The translations under genes were made by a program, and so were the position numbers. Below, in pieces: positions 37,930 to 52,149 of a stretch of DNA of 64,000 nt (the stretch's first letter is position 1; each line of letters begins with the position of its first letter). The DNA is from Chiloscyllium plagiosum (taxonomy: Eukaryota), in assembly GCF_004010195.1 (NCBI RefSeq), contig NC_057759.1, positions 7,591,910 through 7,655,909 on the forward strand, read 5' to 3'. The notes beneath the pieces are model-generated. The model was not told where the DNA came from and ran no database searches. It was given only the letters and a program-made list of their open reading frames with translations.

Positions 37930-39640
37930 CTCCAAAACAGAAGTTAAACTGAACTATATTTTTCTATCTGCTCCTCCTATGCAAGGACAGGTGATCCGCC
38001 TCACTCAGGTTTGGTTAAAATCAGCATTGTATTTGTTCACTCAGACGATTTTAATTCTTTACAATTTTCAATGCCAGGGAGCATTATATATATATTCGCT
38101 GCTATTCAAAAATTCCAAAGCTTAACTATCTTCTGAATTAACAAACCATCGTTCTTCGCCATCATCAATTTAGGCCCTGCTATCTTGAGATACTACAGTA
38201 TCTTTTATTCAGTCGTGGAAAGTTGGAATCTCTACTGGCTCGCATCTAATTCCCAATGCTAGTTGTCTTTGAACAAACTGTCATTAGCTGCCTACTTGAT
38301 TCAATAAATTCCATATGTCCTGGCTGGGCACTGAAGCAATCGGCAAAACAGATTTCAGTTTATGACCTAATCACAAAGTATTTTCTGCATCTGTTTGGCA
38401 TCTTTCCGAAAAGAAAAGCTGTAAAGACAGAACAGTTATAACCACACAGGAACATGCATGTCAACTGTGAACAACTTCACTCAACACTAAAAGATGCCCT
38501 GGAACACCTCTTATCTTCCTCAACATGTTATCCTACTTCTGCAATCCTTCCTCACTCTCTGACCCAAAAGTCCTTCAGAATCACTATCTCACTCGCCTCC
38601 AACAACAAATTCCACATGACAGATTTCCTTCCACGCATTGCAAATGAGAAGAGTTCTGATGTTTTGAAGTCCTGTCATACCTCATTGATCTCAGACTGGT
38701 GAGAGCATTATAATGCAGTGTCTTGGCCATGTACTAATTGACATGGTTATGATGCTGCAATGTCATGACACAGTATATACAGAACAAGATATTGCCCCTG
38801 ACATGTTGATCAAGACGTCTCATTTGTATTTATGAATGGGGCATATTTAAAATTGGCATTACGAGGATTTTGCTTCTTCTCAAAGAGTTAAGCTTGAACA
38901 CTAATCGCTTCATGAAAAGTTGATGAAAGCTTATTGTCACGGATATCCTGATGGAAAACCGATCAGTTACTTCGTTATGGTGGAAAAGCAGGGTGCAATG
39001 AAATGCAAATTTAAAATTGAGCATATATCACTTTGTGCGAATGTCAGATGGCATTTCTCTACACTAAGAAAATCTGTACTAGATACGTAGGAGTTGCACT
39101 TTAGCTGCACCACCACCGTTACCAAAGGAAGATTACGGCTGAAAAGTAGCAGAACTGTATTTTTCGACCTGCTCCTCTTACGCAATGACAGGTGATCTCA
39201 GTCAGGTTTAATGGAACTCAGCATTGTATTTCATCACTCAAAGGATTGTTATTCCTTAGAATTTTCAATAGTAGGGAGCATTGAATATATTTGCTGCTGT
39301 TCAAACATTCCAAAGCTTAACAATCATCCAAATGATCAAACTATCGTTCTTCGCCACCATCACTTTGGCCCCTGTTATCTTGCGTTAGTGCAGTACGTTT
39401 TATTCACTCGTGGAACGTGAGAGTCTCTACTGGTCAGCATCTATTCACAATACCAGTTGTCCTTGAGCAAACTGTTTTTAGCTGCCTACTTGATCCACTG
39501 AATTCCATATGTCCCGGATGGGTACTGAAATGTTCGGCAAAACAGGTTTCAGTTTATGACCTAATCACAAAGTATTAGTTGCCACTGTTCGCCATTGCTC
39601 ATAGAAAATAAACTTGTAAAGAAAGATCAGTGATAACCAA
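37930..39640. repeat. Pair of ~0.5-kb diverged direct repeats (~37930-38444 and ~39130-39639)
   Basis: Colinear shared blocks such as attccaaagcttaac, atcgttcttcgcca, ttagctgcctacttgat and tttcagtttatgacctaatcacaaagtatt. Confidence 0.9.
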
Positions 39641-41099
39641 GAAAAAAAATCTGAACAATCTGGAACGTAATGGAAAAGCAATCCAAATCTTTGTATACAA
39701 ATTCTCTGTTGACAGATATGCAAGACATATCCCGAGTTCTGGTTTCAATCAATGAAGGCCCCCTTGTTTCCCAGGGAGTTAAAGACAATTAGTATTGAAT
39801 GAACGGGAATAGTTCATCGATGATATAATGATTATACACTGTCTCTGAATTCCTGTCATTTCAACTTTTTGCTCCCCACTTATCCATTGCCCTGCTCGGC
39901 ACAAAATGAGTAAACATTTCACTTTAAGTTTTGGACTTCAGGGTCTCTAAGTTGGTGCAACATGGGCTATAGGAACATGAGATCAGAATCACTGTGAATC
40001 TAACGAGTTGATCGCTATCCTGCAGCGTCCAATTACAGTGGCATGATGGAGACAGGTGTTATCATCTGTGCCCCAGCAAGCAAACCGAATTATCTCAGTT
40101 CACACTAAATGAAACCTTGGATGGTGTGAAGTAAAGACCGCTTCACCAATCCAGCGTCACAACTCCTTCGTCGTGTGTTACTGCTGACTGAAGAGATTTT
40201 CTCTCGATCGAAAATGTATGTGTTAATCATTGTGCTGTTTCTCTTAAAGAAATAGGCGCCTGAATGCCAGATGTTTGGGACAGTGTTAAATCCATTGGTT
40301 GATTTGATGGGATCTTGGGGGAAGAGGAAGAGTGTACCACTGCTCTAACTCACTCAAAATTCCCTATAAGCTTTTCAGAAAAGATTTTTAGGACGCGGGT
40401 CGTCTGGAAAAGATGTGCTGAATGGATGAATATTCGTGCTGCTGTTCAGAATGATTGGTTCATTTTGCTGCTGAATTTAAATTTGGAGTTTATATTTTTG
40501 ATGTTCTCAGAAATCACTGCACTTGACCTGTTCTTTGAACACAGAGATACCATGGCAGTTACCCCCCCCCCCCCCCACCCCCGGCCGCAGTGGTTAAATG
40601 TGACATTCCATCAGACTACAAGTTGTGTTCTTTGCCTCTTGATTTACATTTTTTTTGTCAGACCTCCAGGTGGATCTCAGTTCCCAGCGCTTACCATTGT
40701 CCCACATCAACTGTTAGCTCTTTCATGGCTTGACCTCCCATTCAGTGTTTTTTTGGACTTTCTATAAAGAAACATAGATACTTCGAAACTGAAGGGGAAC
40801 TCAAAATCCCTCCGGAATAGAATGAGGTAATTAAAGATAAAATAATAGAAGATGTATTTGCACAAAGATGTGCAAGCATATCCTGTACTCTTAAAAGTTG
40901 CCTCTTGCTTCGAGATCGTTCAAAGGAATCAACAGAATGCGGTCTATACAAAGCAAGGGTCATTAGTATTTTAAATTAAGGCACCTTGACGCAATTCTGT
41001 CCAACAACACAGAGGTCAAAGCTCTTGTGTTCCCTGGTGAAGTTGCACAATTACATTCGAAACTTATACATTATTAATATGTTTTTTTTTAAGAGACAG

Positions 41100-41300
41100 T
41101 ACAGCCTTAATTACAGGAAGGGACCATTGACATATTATAAGGTAGGACTATTTTCAACAGTTTAATCCAATGATATTTCCTGGGAAAGAGGTCTTAATTA
41201 CAAGAAAAGTCCAATCAGCTGCAATATGGTGACATGATTGACAACAGGCTACTTCAATGATATTCCCCGAGAAATTAAGTCTTAATTTCGTAAAACATCA
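41100..41300. repeat. Degenerate ~87-bp tandem repeat (2-3 copies)
   Basis: cttaatt at 41106, 41193 and 41281; caatgatatt..c recurs with the same period. Confidence 0.6.
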
Positions 41301-41969
41301 TGCCGTGGGAGCAGTTCAAGGTTAGTTCGAATGGTCAATTAATAGGTCAGTATTCATTTTATGAATACTCCATTATACTCTTATCTTTGGTTTTTAGCGT
41401 AATTCTGCAAAACAGCAGTACAAGTTCACATGGTTCAATCACTATTCTTAGGCATTTTGTGATTATTAAAAATCTACATATACTTGTTGTTTCTGACAAT
41501 AATCTAAATTCAAATTTTAGAGCCTCACTCTCATCTACTCCAACAGAATGAGAAAGGATATTTCCACCCTCGGAAGTTTTTGGAAAGCACAGCCACCAAT
41601 GATCCATGTACTTCTGACAAACCTGAAATTACAAGTCCAACTGAATTCAAGCGTGTGTGTTACGCAATTTTACAAAATGTGTTATTTTGTTTTCATAGGA
41701 TATATTGAGGCGCAATATGTAATTGCTCGACTTTGTCATCTATGGTTCATCTGTACATGCTCGGAAGTTGCTTATTAACGGAGGTCATATCAAACTCAGC
41801 ACAACATGAGAAATTACATGCACGTGGACAGTTTTTCCATGATCAAGTCAACGCTAATTTGAACCTGCACATCAAACATGCATAATTTGGACTTCTCTAC
41901 CTCTGCGGGGTGCACTTGCAATCATAAAATCTCCTGTGCAAATGCACGCACATACCAATAAGTGGTTTT

Positions 41970-41988
41970 ACACACACGCCCGCGCACG

Positions 41989-42027
<39 letters not shown>
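41970..42027. repeat. (CA)n microsatellite
   Basis: Direct reading. Confidence 0.95.
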
Positions 42028-42029
<2 letters not shown>

Positions 42030-43534
42030 AACTTCCTCTCTTTCTCTGCAAGAAAACAATGTACCTTTTAATAACATTTGAGACATGTGCAAAATGTTTC
42101 CCAACGTTTGGCTTGCATTCACTGAAATCACATAATACTAACACACTGTCATCTTTTTCATTATTTGGATGCCTTCTACCAGACTTAATATGCAAGTTTG
42201 CGAATGCATCAATGATCTGTGTTGATTTTAAACTTCAGTTTGGTTATAAATGATAACATTATTATCGCACCGATGGCAAATAAAGAAAATGGGCATCAAC
42301 ACTTTTGAAAACTCTCATAACTCAGTTTCAGAGAGATTATGTTTGGATAGAAACTGCCGTATTTGCACCTAATCAATCCCCTGTTTTTCTACTTGCACTG
42401 CAGTCATCAGTGCACAGTTCAGACTTTGCAATGACATCTGTGAATGCTGAAGTCTCCCAAACATTGCATAGAGCAAACAATTATCCCCAACTCAAAAATT
42501 GAACAAGGAAGGTACTGTATCATTACTTCATAACTTGTGATTTTTCTTACTCTATTAAATTGTAATATGAACATAATATTTCTGGAATCTTCTCTTCTGA
42601 ACATGCATATTTTAATCTTTATAACATCAGACTACTATGGTCTTTTCGTTCTTCCCCTCTACTACCTTACCTCATGGATCCACCGTTACAAAGCTTGTTT
42701 CATAAAATATGACGCCACAATCAGGATTCAGAATCAATTGCCAAATATAGCTTATTCCACGATTTTCCAAATGTAAACAAAATATGGAATAAACATTTGA
42801 CAGTGTTCCTTACGTCATCTCTGAATTTTGTCTGAGTCATAGCCTAAATATCAATGTCGGTCCAGCCTGGGGTTTAACAGTGACAACAAAAAAACTGAAC
42901 TCGCCTACAAATCTATAGTCACAATAGCAGGTCAGGGGCACAGCATACTGGAGTGACTAACTTACCTCTTCACACCAACAGCCTGGCAAGGCACAAGTTA
43001 AGAGGGTATTCGAATTCTCTCCATGTGCCTGGAGAGTGCTACTCCAACAACGCTCAAAAGGTTTGACTACATCTCGGACAAAGTAACCTATGCATCCACA
43101 AGCACCTGTCGCCTTCATCATTGACGCTTAGTAGCAATAGTGTGTATGATCTGCAACAATTCCACCAAAGTGTCTACGATATAATATTTCAAGCCTAAAA
43201 CTATTCAGTCTGGAAGGACAAAGACAGAAGGTACATCAGAATGCTAACAAACGCAAGACCCTCCTCAAGCTACTTAAGGAACAGTCTTCTGGGAAATTTA
43301 CAAATGGTAGTGTCCACATGTATCTGCTGCTCTTCTCCTTGCAGATGATACTGTATTTAGCATTAAATGCTGCTGTCTCAAGATTTTGGCGATTTTTGCC
43401 CAGAACCTTGAGGACACTACACATTGATGTTATAGGCATTTATCTAGAGAGGCAGTGAATGTTGGTGGATATGATAGCAATGATGTGAACTGTTTTATTC
43501 AGGATGGCACCAACTTTCCTGAATGTGTTTTGAA

Positions 43535-43790
43535 GATTAGATTGCCCACAGTATGGAAACAGGCCCTTTGGCCCAACAAGTGCATGCCGGCCCACATGAG
43601 GACTAACCCACCCAGACCCATTCCCCTACCTACATTAATTCTGTGTAATGCACCTAACCTGCGCGTTTTTGGACTGTGGGAGGAGACGCACGCAGACATG
43701 GGGCATTGTGTAAACTCCATACAGACAGTTGCCCGAGGCAGGGATCGAACCCAGGTGAGATAGCAGTACTAACCACTGAGATATCGTGCA
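43535..43790 (-). mobile_element. HE1-type SINE, degenerate
   Basis: Tail agattagatt..cagtatggaaacaggccc and core ggactgtgggagga..cacgcagacatgggg..aaactcca. Confidence 0.85.
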
Positions 43791-43955
43791 GTCCCCTATG
43801 AGCTGCACTGCTCCAGGCAATTTAAAAATACTGCATTGCTCGACTCATTCGAGGCATGTAAACTGAGGGCATGATTCTGGAAATCAGAAGGTAAGTTACT
43901 CGCAACAGTATTCCTGGTCTCCAACCTGCTCTTGCATCCATTCCCTTCATATGAT

Positions 43956-44046
43956 ATAGATTGGATTCCCTACAGTGTGGAAACAGGCCCTTCGGCCAAA
44001 CAAGTTCACACAGACCCTCCGAAGAGTAACCCACCCAGACGCATTC
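43956..44046 (-). mobile_element. HE1-type SINE 3' fragment
   Basis: gattccctacagtgtggaaacaggcccttcggcc tail. Confidence 0.75.
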
Positions 44047-45273
44047 CGTCAACAAGTCTTCAGTGTCTGGTCCTTGCAACCACATAAAGGAAGATAGTTG
44101 TTGATTCTGTGTTGGTGACGACATTGACTGTCGCATGGGGTTCGTTCGAATTTCCTTTATGAAGGCAGGAACGTACTAGAAATCAAACCTGCCGTCGTTT
44201 TCACAGAATCAGCAGGCACTTATGTAGCCAATGCTTTTATCCATTTCTTTCTCTCACTTGGAGTGACTCAAATTGTTGAAAGACTGGCAAATTTACCTGC
44301 CAATATCCCCTGAGGAGATCCAAATTAGCAATATCAGTTGCTTGCCCCCACCTTCTCAATGCAGTTTTCCAAACGCGCAATCAGATATGCATCAGTCTTT
44401 GCAACTGCATTGACTTTGCAAAAGTCCATATATAACTGTTGAGTACCAAATGATTTTGGGAGCAGAACTGTGGGTGTGCTCAAATTACTCCACTTCTCTT
44501 CCAATACATAATATTGGAGTGTGCGTTCAATCTAATTTTAGGCTATGTCAAATTTAGAGTGCTATGCCTTTCAGGATGTTGCTCATTCAGAACAGCATCT
44601 CCTATACCTATATCATGCATAATTACTTTAGTGCTTCCCAACGTGTTTTTACTTATCTACCCGTGTGATTGTGAGAACTCTTCTAGGTGATTTCGATATT
44701 CCTTTGGAAGGTAACTCAATAATTTATACCAATTTTTCGAAACTTGCACATTGTCCAATTTAATTTGACGCATGTTCAATTCTGAATCCTCTGAACTTGA
44801 TAGTTCCCTCTGTGTTGTCACCAATAACACAGTCTCCTTTGGCTTTCCTTCCCTGTCTAAATACCTTTTGAGCATATTTACATGACACGCTCAGTGGGAT
44901 TTCACTCTGTCTGGAGTCCTTATCAAGTAGTTGGCCTCACTCAATTTGTTTTCCATTTGATGAAGTCCACTAAACATTGCTTTTAAAGTTTTACCTATCG
45001 ATGGAAGTAATATCCCGATAGCAAATTTGCGAGTTTTTTTATATTTTTTGTTTGCTTCCTGTTTCATTGTATGCTGTGAAACTATTAAATGCTGTCCAGC
45101 CAACTCCCAGCTCTATTTATTGGTTCCCGCAAATTTGACACATAATACAAATACATGGAATGTGAATTCGGACTTAGCAATTCGTCCTTAATCGGTTTTA
45201 GCGGTCCTCTCACTTCAAAGCCAAAAACTAATTGAAATGGACTGAATTTCTTCGATTCATTTGGTGCATTTCT

Positions 45274-45596
45274 GGGCGGCACGGTGGCACAGTGGTTAGC
45301 ACTGCTGCCTCACAGCGCCAGAGACCCGGGTTCAATTCCCGCCTCAGGCGACTGACTGTGTGGAGTTTGCACGTTCTCCCCATGTCTGCGTGGGTTTCCT
45401 CCGGGTGCTCCGGTTTCCTCCCACAGTCCAAAGATGTGCAGGTCAAGTGAATTGGCACTCCCCCCGTCCCAGAGAGCCCGTAGTGTTAGATAAGGGGTAA
45501 ATGTAGGGGTATAGGTGGGTTGCACTTCGGTGGGTCGGTGTGGACTTGTTGGGCTGAAGGGCCTGTTTCCGCACTGTAAGTAATGTAATCTAATCT
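45274..45596 (+). mobile_element. Full-length HE1-type tRNA-derived SINE nested in the Gypsy integrase
   Basis: A-box-like tggcacagtgg, B-box ggttcaattcc, central ggagtttgcacgttctccccatgtctgcgtgggtttcctccgggtgctccggtttcctccc domain, LINE-like tail ending (TAATC)n. Confidence 0.93.
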
Positions 45597-46535
45597 CTGA
45601 TTGCAACAATACACACAAACAGAATTTACTTATCCCAATCACGTGAATCGTCCTGAATATCAGGCCACAAATGGTCTTTAATGACTGATACCACCGTTTT
45701 GGCACACTCTCCGACTGCGGATGGGACACAGTAGATTTGAATTGTTTTATTCCTATAACTTCCTTGAATAATTTTGATGTGAAATTTAACTCTTGACCTG
45801 ATTGAGTTTCTGTGCGTACTCTGTACTTAGACACACATTTTATTAACTCCTCTACAATCAGTTTCACTGTGATATTGCTTAATGGAATGGCCTCTGGAAA
45901 TCTCTTGGACAACTATTGTCGTTAGCAAATACTGATTACCACTTTTTGTTTTAGGTAGTGGTCCTGCACAATCAAATATGCCTGTTGTAAGATGTTCCTC
46001 AAATGATGGAATAGGTATTAAAGGTGTGGATTTTATCACTTCCTATGGCTTTCCAATTACCTGACATGCATGACACGCCTGGCACAATTTAACAACACCG
46101 TTGTGCAGTCCAAGTCAGGAAAAGTATTTTTTGTGTTGTAGCGTGTGTTTTTCCCCATCCTAAATGAGCCCGTAGAGTAAACGTATGCGCTATTCGCAAT
46201 ATTGACTTTCTATAACCCACTGGCAATAAGATTTGATTAACTTCTGCCTATATCTCATCGTCTGAATATATGATGGTCTCCATTTCTTCATTAAGACATC
46301 GCATTTAAGGTACTAACATTAAGGGGTACCTTCAGATTCGTTTCCTGTGTATGCCTTTTTATACCATTACATTGAATTTTCATTCATCTGCTGTACTTCA
46401 TTGAACTTATCTGAGCTAAATATGTTGCATTGCCATGTATCTGCTCCTGGTTTGTCTCAAGCAATCTGATTAAACCGTATCTCTGCTAATTGCACTCAAC
46501 TTTCTAATCTGCATTCTTTGATCACTTGATTGTTT

Positions 46536-46727
46536 GTTGAAAAATGTGTTGCTGGAAAAGCACAGCAGGTCAGGCAGCCTCCAAGGAGCAGGAGAATCGA
46601 CGTTTCTGGCATAAACGTATGCCCAAAACGTCGATTCTCCTGCTCCTTGGATGCTGCCTGACCTGCTGTGCTTTTCCAGCAGCACATTTTTCAGCTCTGA
46701 TTTCCGGCATCTGCAGTCCTCACTTCC
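46536..46727. mobile_element. Fold-back (palindromic) Penelope terminal-repeat insertion
   Basis: 76-bp inverted arms 46538-46613 and 46618-46693; same family as 12900-13005; flanked by the 14-bp direct repeat TCACTTGATTGTTT. Confidence 0.9.
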
Positions 46728-49700
46728 TCACTTGATTGTTTCAACTGGTGACTTCGTGACCTCGTGACCATACAGTTTCGAAAAATCTTATGATGTGTGT
46801 TCTTCAACAGTTCAGTTGCCTGACTTTCCACTGTTTTTTTCAAACACAGTCGGCAGCACGCCTATCTGTGAACCTGCTATATCGTTAGGAAGGACAATTT
46901 GCATTACTGGAGCTGAGAGTGTGCCCTGTACACCTACCACGACATCTCCACTCTTCACCTGACACTCTAAACTCACGTTATTGTCTCACTGTGAATTCTC
47001 TTTACTTGCACCTTTTATGGCAAAAGTCCTTTAGATGCATGTCCCCGCATCACAGATTGAGAGGATTCTGTGTCTTAAAATTGTTGCCTCTTTAACTGCT
47101 GCTCCTGACCTATGCGAGTAAACTTTACCTTGACAGATATATCGTTTAAGAAGATACGTTAATTTCTCCTTACACGACCTCAGACCAGGTTTCTAGCCCC
47201 CACTGTGCTTTCCATTATCGCTCCAACAAAATTCACTGTTTCTTATCTTGTTTTCCTACATCTGGCTTCCCAGTGCTTTTCCGAACCCACTATTACTGTG
47301 ATGACATGTGACCTATGTTATTGCAGTGAAAACACCGGTGCTTTTTAACTTTTCTTTCCTCTTCATAGGTTTCCTTTTTGCGCCGTGGTAAGTTATCCTA
47401 ATGATCTTCGCTGAGATCAACCTTTCCTGTTCCATGTGAGGATTTCCCTTTTCCCCAATGTCTGTTCCTCATGCATGAAAAAATAAAGATTATGGAAGCC
47501 AAACATGGATTTATGGACCAATTCATAATCACCAGCCATTTCAGCTGCTGCTCTTAACGTTTTAACGCTTTGTTCTTCCACATGAGTTCTCAGTGCTTCA
47601 GGGCGAAAACGTTAGATCTCCTGTTGAAGGGCAAATTGCTGAAATTCAAACTCTCTCTCTTTCTTCTTTCCCCCTTTCTCTTTCGCTCTCTTTTTCTTTC
47701 TGTTCTGCTAAAGCAATTCGTTGTTTTTCTCTTTCCTCTGTGTTTAATCGCAATTCAACCTGTTTCATTTCGGTTGCTCTTTCCTTGTCTTTTGACTCTA
47801 ACTTCACCTATTTTTCTTTCAATTGAACTTTAGCCCTCTCCAGCAAATCTAAACGCTGAACTGTTGCTGTAATCATCACTGTTTTCATCATGGAAGGAGG
47901 CAGCTTCAAATGCAAGTTGCCTGCAACTTCCAGCATCCTGGCTTTAACCAAATTTTGTAAAACCCTCAAGTTCACTTCTTCCAACCCCAGAAAACTCATT
48001 ATGACTGAAACAGCCATTGCCATCCCAATCACTGTTTAAGGTAACTGAACTGAACACGCAGAGTAAAAGACACTAACAGCTACCACGCCCTACCTTTGAA
48101 CCCAATAAACGTAATCCCATTTTGAAACTAGAGAAAGAAATCCCGCAAAGAGCCCCCGATCTGTTATTGACCAGGTCAGACGCCACCCCCCTTTCAAAAC
48201 ACTTTAAGAAGCTAGCCTAGACCCTAACTTCCACTAGTTGTTTTAGATGCGTGTAACACAGGTGTTCCAGGAGGGAGACAGCACGTCAAACCACTTAGTT
48301 TTAAACAAAACAGAATTTAGTTACAATATTACCGAATGAAACACAAAAAAAAGACAACAGTACACCAAATAACTTAAACTATCCTAAAACCCAACAGATT
48401 CTACCAACTCATTGACGCTATTCCAATACTTACCGCATTTCCCATAAACAACCCTTGGCACAAAAGTTGTAATAAAATACAGGGTCTGAGAGGAGAGAGG
48501 TCGGAGAGAGCTACCAGCCTGGACCTGCTTCTTTGGATCCAGCTGTTTCTTCAACTTTATTCTTAACATACAAAGAAAACCAGAGAACAGCGAATTGGGA
48601 GAAGCGACCAAACCCATTTCATTGTACGATTGTTTTTTTTAACTTGAAAGCCTTCTGACTGAGGCAGTATCGGTTAGCTATAAACTAAATGGCTAATAAA
48701 CCCTTCAAACACAAACTTATCGGAGTCTGTGTCTTTTACGACCTCTCTGAAAAAACCCCCACCAAGATCAGCATAATCTTGATGAAGGGACAGCTTTGTC
48801 ACACAATTGAAAGTCGTCTGTGTGCAATTGACGTTGACCTTTAACAGCTAATCACATTGCTGTTGCTTTGATGTCACGTGGAGCCCAAAGTACTACAAAG
48901 TACGTATTTCATTCACTCAAAGTCATTCGTTGGCCAGATGAAGACTTACAAAATTGATAATTGTTCATAATGATTCTGGAATCATTTTTCATATTCCATG
49001 TTTTTAAAAGGTCAAAACATGCATCAGTTCCCATGTTGAAAATCGCCCCAGTGTCCCCAAACTATCATATTTTGAAACTGAAATTCTATTCAATGGGCAT
49101 TCGTACTGATTTGAGCAATGTCAAAGACTTGTCGTAACTTATAAATGGCAATAATTGGTTAATTGAAATGGTCCGTTTTTATTCTTTTTTCTCACAGTGG
49201 GCAGTTTGCCTGCTTTAAAGCTGTATGTTGTGCAATATAAATTCAGTATTTCAGTAGACTGATTAAACATTATTTAATAAGTTTCCCACATGAATAAATT
49301 GCTTCTTGCTTTACTTTCTCATCTTAGCTGTCAACCTATCACGGGAAGAGAAAGCAAATGTCGGGAAAGCATCGACATAGAATAAGGGCATATTGTAAGG
49401 AGTTTAGCTGAATGAGGGCATCCCATAAACAGCTTTTAAATTCGAACAGGACGAATGAATGCAATTTCATGACTGATAATTCAAAAGCAAACGTTCACAT
49501 GTCGACGTTATAGGATGGGAGATTTAGGACGAATGGATGGAGAAATTCAGGAGAGTGGTGCATCTGTGGGATTGGCTGGCATTGAATGCTGTTGAATTCA
49601 AAACTTTGAGAGTCTTAAAGAAGCAGTTAAATACAGTTCTTGTGGCTAAAGATTCATGTAGTATGGGGAGAACATGGGAACAGAATATTTTATACACAGA

Positions 49701-52056
49701 TCACCCACTACAATGTTGATTGGCAGAACAGGCGAGATCGACTAACTGACTCCTCCTCTTATATCTTATGAGTACAGCCAGCACTAATTGTATGCAATAT
49801 TCTCTGCCCCTAATCTGAATTAGTAGGGAATCAAGTATAACCTACACACCATATTACCGACAGGTTTTCTGCATGATGTAAAGTTTACAAAGGCGAGCTC
49901 TATTCAGAGGAAAATAACATCTCGACTTTGATAACTTATTATGCATGAATAGCTGCTGCACGGGTATGGAGGATGAATGGGAGCAGTTATAGGAAATTTA
50001 GCGCACTTTCATATATTGGAGTAACACGCTTTTAATCACAGCTACATATCTCGTTTAACTTCTGGACATGACATCACAGAAAATTGGTATAATCTGTTGG
50101 GATGTCGGATTGGGCAAGTTATTCATTATTCAGTAAAATTAAGTGGTTTGACTAGTGGTATGTCTCCTAGAATATCCACGTTATACCTGCTTAAAATAAC
50201 TTGCAAAGTTAAGATCTGAGCTACCTTCTTGAAGCATTTTGAGGTGTCTCACGTAGTCCTGAGCAATTGCCGTTAAGAACAAACAGTGCTGAGGACTTTG
50301 AGCTCGGTGTATTTGTTATTATTGTACAGAAGACGATTGAAGTTTGAAGGAGAGGATGTAGACAATGTGAAGACTCACGCAATGTCAACATTGTTTTGTG
50401 AGGTAATGTAGAATCCAGCATCTCTCAATTGTCTCTATTCATCAAATTTATATTATCAAATAAAGCAAGTCAACACAGAATTGTGTGTTACGTCGCTTCC
50501 TATTTTAAATTGCAAATGTTTGACCAATCTGCAAAATATGTCAGAATTCATTATGTTAGAATTGTCCATCTAGCTCAACGTCAGTTGGTAGATCCGAAAC
50601 ATTTCCTTGTGCTTCCCTCGTACACGTTGTCATGACGAACTAATACTCATTAAGTTATTAAGCTTGAATATAAATCTCAGTGGAGACGTTGTCATCTCAG
50701 ATGGACGTTTCTGATAGAGAGACAACGATCAGAAAGCACAGCTGGAAGTTGGCAAATCATAAAAGGGAACTTATTTGAAATGTCAAGGGATTTGGCATTT
50801 TTTTTGTTTAAAGAAACTGTATGCTTTTAAATCGGTTGTTTGATTCTTTTTAATATAATGTAAATAAGGTTCCAATACATACCACAATCGATTTACTCTT
50901 TTATCGAATCTGCTCACGATGACAACGTCGGAACACTGTTGCATATTTGTCATCTAGAATACCCGTATAATGGCGCAAAGGCAGCATGTGACAGTTAACA
51001 ATCAAACTGACATTTTAACAATGATAAATGCATTCAAAGTAGATGCTCATTCTGGTTGATGGCAGGGTGTCTCTGACTTTAAACACATTTACAACGGACA
51101 CGAAGTTGACAAATGTCCACGCCGTTTTGCAGAATACATTCGATCTCAATCCTATGGTGGCAGAGAAAAAGCTGTTTGAAATAAGAGTTGAAATAGTATT
51201 CTTCTATTTAGGATATTAATTTCAAATATCTGGCTGAAGCTTTCTACCAAGCACCAATTTCATTCATGTCTACACAAATGTCATGTGTAAAATTGCATCT
51301 GTATTTTGCTCAACTGACTTGAGCTTCAGTTCTTTCCTCCAGTACCCCAAGCTATCGACATTCAAAAACATTATCTATTTTAATGATGTTAATTTCGAGG
51401 GATTTATATGTTTTATTCACATTGGAAGACGTCTTAATTTTATCATGATTGTTGAGATTTTGTTCAGTGACTTTCCATAAAAAGGGACTATATTTTAATA
51501 TTGGACGATCTTTACAAGCTATGAAAGAAAATTATCATTTTATCTGAAAGAAGTTTGTATCTCTCCAGTAGTATTTAAAATGGATGTTCTAATCTAGAAC
51601 TCTCACTGAACCATTTCGGTTTACAGTGCATTCTCTTGTAAATCTTTGAAAATCTTAACTCCGAAGTTGAGCCAAAATAGATTCTAAATGGTCACTCGGT
51701 TCCTCTCTCTGAGCCCTGCCGATCCAGGAGAATTTTACCCTTACTGTCTTTCTCACTCTCTTTTTTCTCGCTAATGTTGAAAACGCTATTAAATTTGTAA
51801 CTTGATTAACAGGAGCAAAGACATTATGGAAAATGATAGTAAAGCTCCTGACAACTTCTCAATCAATAAATTATAACTTCACCTCGTTTTTGTTTCTCTA
51901 GATAAGTTTTGTCGTCAAAACGGCGAGGGCGTGCTGGGCGCCATCTATTTTTCATTTCAGATAAGAATGTGCTGATGTAATTTATTTGTTCACGCCTCTG
52001 TAACTAATAGCAGGCAGTCTTTGGTGAAATTGTGTCAGTGGAGATTTATCCTTCTT

Positions 52057-52063
52057 TATAAAA
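52057..52063 (+). promoter_or_regulatory. Candidate TATA box of the GPCR gene
   Basis: TATAAAA 93 nt upstream of the ATG at 52150. Confidence 0.55.
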
Positions 52064-52149
52064 TCTGGTCCCATTTGGAAGTTTCAGCTCGGTGTGTCTG
52101 CTGGAAATGTTTTTGTCTGCTCTCCAACAAAAGACTACTTCTGATTGCA

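Larger units (their letters stand above)
44285..48803 (-). mobile_element. Decayed Gypsy (Gmr1-like) LTR retrotransposon, 3'-truncated within RT
   Basis: 5' LTR 48162-48803; PBS-like cgggggctc just inside; gag; protease remnant (~47050-47080); integrase (DCAGPLPKTKSGNQYLLT, RFPEAIPL, FSPFQLVFGFEVRGPL); RT start (MDFCKVNAVAKTDAY, LDLLRGYWQV). Confidence 0.9.

Noticed and set aside
45274..45350. Possible tRNA gene
   Set aside because: The A/B boxes are the head of a multi-copy SINE that continues into the SINE body and tail.
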